From assembly GCA_012519025.1 (NCBI GenBank), contig JAAYQZ010000021.1:8909-72908 (forward strand): a stretch of DNA of 64,000 nucleotides, given 5' to 3'. The translations under genes and the position numbers were made by a program. This stretch comes from Bacillota bacterium (GTDB taxonomy: Bacteria; Bacillota; Limnochordia; DTU087). The notes under the pieces were generated by a model, which saw only the letters and a list, made by a program, of their open reading frames with translations, made no database searches and was not told the DNA's origin. Positions 58,179 through 64,000 of the stretch are shown piece after piece (the first letter of the stretch is position 1; each line of letters opens with the position of its first letter).

Positions 58179-59252
58179 TTACAAATAGTGTTCCCACCCT
58201 ACCTGCCGCAAACGCTTAAGCAAAGTCTTAACATCTTGATCCCTAGCTTTATTGCAAATAAACAATACATCTTCCGTATCAATTACAATCAGATCACTAA
58301 CTCCAATAGATGCTACCAACTTATCTTTCGCAGCAATAAGACAGTTGCTGGTATCAATGCTGATTGCTCTGCCGGCAAATACATTTTCATCCGTGTCTTT
58401 TGTGGACACCTTAGCCAACGAACTCCAACTGCCGATGTCTTCCCAGCCAAAATTCCCAATTACCATATGAATTTTTGTGGATTTTTCCAGTACAGCATAA
58501 TCAAAAGCAATGCGTTCCAAAGCTGTGTAATACTCACGAACTGCATCTTCTCCATGAGAAGTTTTAACAGTCAGTGCGATCTTTTCCAATCCCGGTTTTA
58601 ACTGGGGTGCGTGTTCGTTTAAGAGTTCCAAAATCAAGTTTGCTCTCCCCACGACAATTCCACTGTTCCAAAAATACTCATTTTGGCGTATATACTTTTC
58701 TGCCCGTTGGCTTGTTGGCTTTTCCCGAAACCGTTCCACTTTATATACAGGCAGGCCGTTATCTTCCACATACAGAGTCTTTCCCCGTTTGATATACCCA
58801 TAGCACGTCCTGGCTTCGCTGGCGGGGACCCCCACAATTACCAATCCATCGATTGTACCTGCGGCTTTTAGCGCTGCCTTTAAGACTTTGTTGAATTCCT
58901 GCTCATCTAAAATGACGTGATCAGCGGGTAAAAACGCAATTACCGCTGCCGGATCTACTGCGGCAATTCTAGCTGCCATCAATCCGATGGCAGGGCCTGT
59001 ATCTCGAACAGCCGGTTCGGTATATACTTTGGAGATAAGTTCTTGTGGGATATTTGCTGTGATGGTGTCAAGTAAGTTTTCGTTAGTGGTCACGTAAACA
59101 CTCTCTTTACCTACAAGTGCATGGGCTCGCTCAAGGGCTTTCGCCAGCAAAGTTTCATCACCGTGAACAATTAGATGTTTCGGAGAGTCTTTTCGCACAC
59201 GGGGCCATAAACGGGTACCGTTACCTCCTGCCATCACGACGGCATACGCCAT
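58179..59252 (-). CDS. mannose-1-phosphate guanylyltransferase (GDP-mannose pyrophosphorylase, no PMI domain)
   Basis: 357 aa; N-terminal YAVVMAGGNGTRLWP nucleotidyltransferase signature; length typical of single-domain ManC. Confidence 0.8.
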   Translation of the reverse strand: MAYAVVMAGGNGTRLWPRVRKDSPKHLIVHGDETLLAKALERAHALVGKESVYVTTNENLLDTITANIPQELISKVYTEPAVRDTGPAIGLMAARIAAVDPAAVIAFLPADHVILDEQEFNKVLKAALKAAGTIDGLVIVGVPASEARTCYGYIKRGKTLYVEDNGLPVYKVERFREKPTSQRAEKYIRQNEYFWNSGIVVGRANLILELLNEHAPQLKPGLEKIALTVKTSHGEDAVREYYTALERIAFDYAVLEKSTKIHMVIGNFGWEDIGSWSSLAKVSTKDTDENVFAGRAISIDTSNCLIAAKDKLVASIGVSDLIVIDTEDVLFICNKARDQDVKTLLKRLRQVGWEHYL

Positions 59253-59320
59253 TTGCAGTTTCCTCCTTGTTCATTCCTGCTTAAAGGTATATTTCAATCT
59301 TTGCCACCGGCCCCATTATC

Positions 59321-60361
59321 CTATGCCGCTGCCAAATTAAAGGTGTTTAGAAATCGGCTCCGCAAGACCGGTGACTTCAGTTTGCGATTATAACGACTGA
59401 GAAAATAGTCTTGCGGCCAATCTTGCTTTTCGTGATAATACTGCAACCCGATTTGCCAATACTCATGAGGGAATTGCAGGAACGCCCCTAAAATGGGTAA
59501 GACATTTCCTTTAAGCGGATTTACTGAACTATAAGCATCGATAATCAATTGCGCCCTTTCCCACCGCCAATCCACAAGCATCAAGTTGCGCAAAAGCAAA
59601 TCCGCAAGATCATGCAGACCCAGATCTACCAAACTGTAGTCGAAATCCAAAAACTTTACACCCTGCCCATTGATTAAGATATTGTGGTACGCCAAATCCA
59701 TATGGCAAAGCACCTTGGCAGAATCTTCTTGGCATACGCCGCCATAATCCGAGTCCGCCAGCTGCTCTAAAGCATCAGCACCCTGTTTGTAATACGTTTC
59801 ATAATCCTTAAGAAATAGTTGATCAAATGCTTGGGGAACAGTTCGGTTGCGAGCCGTGCGCCGAAATGCCTTCAATTGATCCAGCCTGCGGGCGAACCTC
59901 TCAGGCCACATACCCATAAGCCACCGAGTATCGGGGACTCGATTGAAATTTAAATTGCGGGATGTTACATGTAATCGGGCAAGGTCCCTTGCCACCGTTT
60001 CAGCATCTTGTTCATAAAGGTAGTCACAATGTCTACCCAAAACCCAATCAGAGAGAAAGTACTGGCTGTCCCGCCATGTAAAAAACCGAGTACCATCCTT
60101 GGTCATTAGGGGATCTACTACCGATTGAAACCCGGTTTGAGCCAAATAAGCCAACGCATCAGTGATGTAGGCCAATTCAAAGGCAGAAAGACTCGAACGC
60201 TTCAGTGCTTTTTGGCCCATTGAAGTCGCCAGCAAATAGACAGAGCCATCTTGCATAAAACCCATTATTTCAAGATTATAGTTTTCCTCTACAGCGGCCA
60301 GCATCTCAGCCTCTTCCCCAATAGGAAGGAATTTTCCCATTATCTCTTTGCGAAACAGCAT
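59321..60361 (-). CDS. CotS-family spore-coat protein / kinase-like phosphotransferase
   Basis: 346 aa; catalytic loop CHMDLAYHNILI, LDFDYS Mg site; paralog of 54875..55921. Confidence 0.75.
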   Translation of the reverse strand: MLFRKEIMGKFLPIGEEAEMLAAVEENYNLEIMGFMQDGSVYLLATSMGQKALKRSSLSAFELAYITDALAYLAQTGFQSVVDPLMTKDGTRFFTWRDSQYFLSDWVLGRHCDYLYEQDAETVARDLARLHVTSRNLNFNRVPDTRWLMGMWPERFARRLDQLKAFRRTARNRTVPQAFDQLFLKDYETYYKQGADALEQLADSDYGGVCQEDSAKVLCHMDLAYHNILINGQGVKFLDFDYSLVDLGLHDLADLLLRNLMLVDWRWERAQLIIDAYSSVNPLKGNVLPILGAFLQFPHEYWQIGLQYYHEKQDWPQDYFLSRYNRKLKSPVLRSRFLNTFNLAAA

Positions 60362-60363
60362 CT

Positions 60364-61368
60364 TTATCTCACCTTCTTTAACTCATCCAAAAACAATCTT
60401 CGGACAGACAAGGTCTCCAGGTATCTGCTCAAACCACGAATATCCGGCTTACCTTTCCGGTAAGCACGGCGTCCCAGTCGCCAATATTCCATCGGGTATT
60501 CCAAATAGGTGACCACAAGCCACATTTCCTCCGGTTTTAAAGGCAGCTTTCGCTCATATCCAGCCAAAAGCCCCCTAGCTCTGTTGATGTGCAGGGTAGA
60601 AAATCTATCCAGCATTTTGGCGATATCATCCACGCGTTCTACACCGGCAGCGTTGTCATAGTCAATTACAATCAACATTTGTCTCGGAGTTAGAAGCAGA
60701 TTCTGTGGAATAAAATCACGATGACATATATAACGTGCCTTGCGATCTAAAGCGGCAATTTCGTCATACATGCGTCTTTCCAAATCCAGTTGGGCCAAAA
60801 CTCTGCGGCCATCACACAGGGCGCGGTCAGCTCCTTGAGCATACAGTTGATCGAAAGCCGTTGTTCCTTTGCGGGCTTGATTGGTAAAATACCAAAGTTC
60901 CCGCTGGCGGGTTTTAAGCTTCAATGGCCAGCTTTTCCACTGATTGCGGTGGGAATGAATGCCGTGTGGAGGAGAAAACCCTTGACTGGCAACATGAAAT
61001 TCTCCCAGGAGTCCACCTACCTGAACCAAACAGACTGTATCTAAATCAATTTGAGACAGCACCTCGCCCTCCTGCCAACGGCTCAAATAGAAAAAACCGT
61101 CATTGGTTTCAACGCCCAGCTGACCGCTTTGAGTCATAATGAACTCTTCGGCGTTGGTAAAACCGTTCTTTTGCAGGTGTTTCGCCAGATCATGAACAAA
61201 ACAAAATTCATCCGCCCCATAAGCGAAACGCTTCAACCGTAAATGGCCGTGTGGGGTTGCTACCTTCAGGCAGGGCCCTACTGTTTCCCACCCATGCCAT
61301 GTTACGTTGTACCTGGCAAGGATATCTGCCGCTATCCGTGCATCCCATTGTTTGCTTTTTCCGTTCAT
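60364..61368 (-). CDS. CotS-family spore-coat protein / kinase-like phosphotransferase
   Basis: 334 aa; catalytic loop CHRDFIPQNLLL, IDYDNA Mg site; 3-bp spacing to the downstream paralog. Confidence 0.75.
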   Translation of the reverse strand: MNGKSKQWDARIAADILARYNVTWHGWETVGPCLKVATPHGHLRLKRFAYGADEFCFVHDLAKHLQKNGFTNAEEFIMTQSGQLGVETNDGFFYLSRWQEGEVLSQIDLDTVCLVQVGGLLGEFHVASQGFSPPHGIHSHRNQWKSWPLKLKTRQRELWYFTNQARKGTTAFDQLYAQGADRALCDGRRVLAQLDLERRMYDEIAALDRKARYICHRDFIPQNLLLTPRQMLIVIDYDNAAGVERVDDIAKMLDRFSTLHINRARGLLAGYERKLPLKPEEMWLVVTYLEYPMEYWRLGRRAYRKGKPDIRGLSRYLETLSVRRLFLDELKKVR

Positions 61369-61393
61369 AGACCCATCATCCTACAAATACCAG

Positions 61394-62638
61394 CTAATCT
61401 TGCATTAGAGATTGGTATACCATTTGAGTTTCTGTTGAGGTTTTAATCCAAGAAAACCGTTTGTGCTGTTTAAAACCACGTTCGATTAGATGTTCCCTGG
61501 TGCTCTCGTTCTTCATACCATTGATTAGTGCTGTAGGAAGACTTTGCGGTTCATACGGATCGAACAAAATCGCCGCATTTCCCGCGACTTCCGGAATAGA
61601 GCTGGTATTTGCAGCCACCACCGGTACTCCACATGCCATTGCTTCCAAAAGCGGCAGGCCGAAGCCCTCATACAAAGACGGATACACAAACAGCTCAGCA
61701 CCACTGTACAGGTAGGGCATCAGTTCCAAAGGCACAAACCCGGGAAAGAGTACGTCATCTGCCAGGTCCCGCTGATCTACAAACTCATGCAGTTCTTCAT
61801 AGGAACCGCCACCACCACCGCCGGCGATGACCAATTTGCAATTTGGAGGCAGCTTAGGCAAAACCCGATGAAAAGCTTTCACAAGCCCCAACAGGTTTTT
61901 GCGGCGGCTGAATCCACCTACATTGAGAATGTAGGGCTCCTCCAAACCGTAATGCTCAACAACTTGCTCTTTGGCCTCCTGTTTACATATTGGCGAATAC
62001 ATAGGTTCTGCCGCCTCGTAGATCACCGCTATCTTCTCCACAGGCACACCCAGTATTTCTACTAAGTCTCTTTTTGTGCAATGTGATACAGCAATAATGT
62101 AGTCGGCTCTATCCACTATCCGGGGCAACTGCCTCAGCGCAGTCCGTAAATATGACTTACTGCAGGTTTGCGGCAGTACAAAAGGAATCAAATCGTGAAC
62201 AGTGACAACCACTTTCAAACGACTGGGGCAATCAGAAGGCAATCCTATGCCGTTTTGGGGAATGTGATATATATCCAATGCCGGTTCAAGTAGATCCGGG
62301 GTTTGCAGGACATCCTGCCAAAACTTCCGATTTTTCCGTTCCCCACTATCCAATTGAAACTCATCATCCGCTTTTATCCATTTTGCAGGCGGGTAAACAA
62401 AATGATATTGGTTGATGGGATCGGCAGCCAACATCCCATTAATAAGTTGGTACGTATATGTGCCGATCCCTGAACCTCTGTACCATAAAGCTGCACGGGC
62501 ATCGATCCCAATCTGCACATCCTCGCCTCCTAGAATCGTTCTTGCCATACAGTATATGAAAAAGGGGATCCTTAGGAACTGAGTACCGCCCAAATAGGAC
62601 ATCCCAAAGTCAGCGCATCCAAAAGTCAGCGAGCTCAC
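61394..62638 (-). CDS. GT4/GT1-family glycosyltransferase (CotSA-like spore-coat glycosyltransferase)
   Basis: 414 aa; C-terminal Glycos_transf_1 motif EGFGLPLLEAMACGVPVVA; located immediately upstream of tandem cotS paralogs as in cotSA-cotS loci. Confidence 0.8.
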   Translation of the reverse strand: MSSLTFGCADFGMSYLGGTQFLRIPFFIYCMARTILGGEDVQIGIDARAALWYRGSGIGTYTYQLINGMLAADPINQYHFVYPPAKWIKADDEFQLDSGERKNRKFWQDVLQTPDLLEPALDIYHIPQNGIGLPSDCPSRLKVVVTVHDLIPFVLPQTCSKSYLRTALRQLPRIVDRADYIIAVSHCTKRDLVEILGVPVEKIAVIYEAAEPMYSPICKQEAKEQVVEHYGLEEPYILNVGGFSRRKNLLGLVKAFHRVLPKLPPNCKLVIAGGGGGGSYEELHEFVDQRDLADDVLFPGFVPLELMPYLYSGAELFVYPSLYEGFGLPLLEAMACGVPVVAANTSSIPEVAGNAAILFDPYEPQSLPTALINGMKNESTREHLIERGFKQHKRFSWIKTSTETQMVYQSLMQD

Positions 62639-62732
62639 GAGCTCGTTTAATCATCACCTATAGATCCTGTGCCACATACTATGCCAATGGACACTAATAA
62701 AACATTGTGGTAAAGCGAGGTCGGATGGATAT

Positions 62733-63518
62733 ATGGCGACAAAACTCCCTCCAGCAGTAGTTTTGGCCGGCGGCTTAGGCACACGGCTTCGAACCACTGT
62801 ACCAGGGCTTCCAAAAGCCTTAGCACCAATAGCCAATGAACCTTTCTTAGCCCACCAGCTGCGCTGGTTAGAAGCCAATGGCATCAAATCGGTCCTTTTA
62901 TGTGTGGGATATAAAGGGGAACAGATTTTTCGGAAGTTGGGCACAGGCGCTGGGCTTGGACTCAGCCTTAAACTGCACTACAGTTGGGAAACCTTTCCTT
63001 TGGGCACCGGAGGCGCACTGATGCAGGCGGCACCAGTGCTTCCCGAAGAATTCCTGGTGATAAACGGCGACACTTACACAGAAATGGGTCTGGGGCCCCT
63101 TTGGCAAGCACATCAAAACAACGACGGACTTGTTACTATTGCAGTCACCAAGGCCTGGGCACACAATGCCACGGGCAGTGTTGAACTAGCCAACGATGGA
63201 CGCATCACATCCTTTAATGAAAAACAACCCAACCCCACTTGGGCCAACATGGGCATCTACGCTATGTCAAAAAAACTCCTGGATCATATGCCCGCCCATA
63301 GACCTTGTTCTTTGGAAAAGGAAGTGTTTCCCCATATCCAACCTATGCACGCCTTTATAACTGACTCACCTTTTATCGATATAGGAACACCTGAGAGTTA
63401 CGCATATGCCCAATCATACTTCGCCTCCAGGAATAAGTCTAAAACACCAGTGTCCAAATGGAAAAGTACGGAAGGAGAAAAAAATGATCGTTCGCAGTCG
63501 TGCACCATTGCGGATTAG
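62733..63518 (+). CDS. sugar-1-phosphate nucleotidyltransferase, HddC-like (D-glycero-alpha-D-manno-heptose-1-phosphate guanylyltransferase)
   Basis: 261 aa; VVLAGGLGTRLRTTVPGLPKALAPI N-terminal NTP-transferase signature; size and adjacency to an hddA-like GHMP kinase. Confidence 0.65.
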   Translation: MATKLPPAVVLAGGLGTRLRTTVPGLPKALAPIANEPFLAHQLRWLEANGIKSVLLCVGYKGEQIFRKLGTGAGLGLSLKLHYSWETFPLGTGGALMQAAPVLPEEFLVINGDTYTEMGLGPLWQAHQNNDGLVTIAVTKAWAHNATGSVELANDGRITSFNEKQPNPTWANMGIYAMSKKLLDHMPAHRPCSLEKEVFPHIQPMHAFITDSPFIDIGTPESYAYAQSYFASRNKSKTPVSKWKSTEGEKNDRSQSCTIAD

Positions 63519-64000
63519 TTTTTGTGGGGGCGGCACCGATGTGTCTCCTTATTTCGAAGAAAAGGGGGGGATTGTCCTTTCCACCACGATAGACAAATAC
63601 AGCTACGCAAGCCTCCTGCCCCACAAGGACCCCATCATTGAGGTGGAATCGCTGGATTTTGATGTAGTAGCGAAATATAATGTGGAACACCAGTTAATTT
63701 ACGATGGTGAACTAGACCTTGTGAAAGCCGTACTGAACACCATTGATGGTGCCACTGACACAGGATTTAATTTGTTCCTGCACAGCGATGCACCGCCCGG
63801 CAGCGGGCTCGGATCCTCATCCACCATGACAGTAACTTTAGTGGGTCTGATGAGACAATGGCTGCAAAAGCCCTGGACCAACTACGATATTGCTCAAATG
63901 GCGTATCATATTGAACGCACTGTTCTAGGAATCAAAGGCGGCAAACAAGACCAATATGCCGCAACTTTCGGCGGTTTCAATTTAATAGAATTTTACGAGG
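63484..64000 (+). CDS. GHMP-family sugar kinase, HddA-like (D-glycero-alpha-D-manno-heptose-7-phosphate kinase); runs off the right window edge
   Basis: Not in the supplied track. ATG at 63484 overlaps the upstream gene end. MIVRSRAPLRISFCGGGTDVSPYFEEKGG...TTIDKY matches the HddA N-terminus; GHMP motif PPGSGLGSSS present. Confidence 0.7.
   Translation, partial: MIVRSRAPLRISFCGGGTDVSPYFEEKGGIVLSTTIDKYSYASLLPHKDPIIEVESLDFDVVAKYNVEHQLIYDGELDLVKAVLNTIDGATDTGFNLFLHSDAPPGSGLGSSSTMTVTLVGLMRQWLQKPWTNYDIAQMAYHIERTVLGIKGGKQDQYAATFGGFNLIEFYE

Noticed and set aside
1-64000. CRISPR arrays, IS elements/transposases, restriction-modification or other known defence genes
   Set aside because: I looked for regularly spaced direct repeats, terminal inverted repeats, DDE/HUH/serine-recombinase-like ORFs and nuclease/helicase/methylase signatures. 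None were found. The window reads as core chromosome.

Overview
This 64 kb window looks like ordinary chromosome from an anaerobic, spore-forming Firmicute (about 50% GC, dense coding, no transposases, no CRISPR, no phage genes). Reading the ORF translations and DNA directly I can support about 50 protein genes, one tRNA-Arg(CCT), three intrinsic terminators, one riboswitch and two regulatory-site clusters. From the left: plsC-like acyltransferase, nicotinate phosphoribosyltransferase, an orphan membrane histidine kinase, an aldo/keto-reductase fused to an Fe-S module, a YyaL-type thioredoxin-domain protein, and a small decaying islet (frameshifted kinase pseudogene, flavodoxin-like gene, truncated SpoU/TrmH methyltransferase). 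Next come zupT, a LysM/PG-binding protein, a glucuronate-isomerase-like amidohydrolase and a 5-gene Opp/Dpp/Nik-type ABC operon. After a Zn-ADH: rubrerythrin with a near-perfect PerR/Fur 7-1-7 box over its promoter, two methyl-accepting chemotaxis proteins (one with an extracytoplasmic CZB zinc-binding sensor domain, one dCache), two Gfo/Idh/MocA oxidoreductases, MFS and EamA transporters, glycerol dehydrogenase, and an M48 lipoprotein peptidase followed by a tandem-M16 peptidase. The anaerobic ribonucleotide reductase genes nrdD-nrdG are preceded by a clear cobalamin riboswitch. The second half has a sialidase-like BNR protein, a small kinase-like protein, an OMP-type beta-barrel protein, glycerate kinase, prepilin peptidase, an RfaE/HldE-like heptose kinase, a HAD hydrolase, a stand-alone [FeFe]-hydrogenase-like protein, a DUF815 ATPase and tRNA-Arg with three DnaA boxes beside it. 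The last 10 kb looks like a spore-coat glycosylation locus: gmhB-like phosphatase, three CotS-family kinases, a GerE-like regulator, phosphohexomutase, mannose-1-P guanylyltransferase, a CotSA-like GT1, and an hddC/hddA-like heptose-nucleotide pair. I found no single large clearly novel system such as a defence island. The most interesting items are the B12 riboswitch on nrdDG, the heptose-linked spore-coat glycan cluster, diderm hallmarks in a sporeformer, the stand-alone hydrogenase-like protein, the DnaA-box cluster beside the tRNA, and the CZB chemoreceptor.
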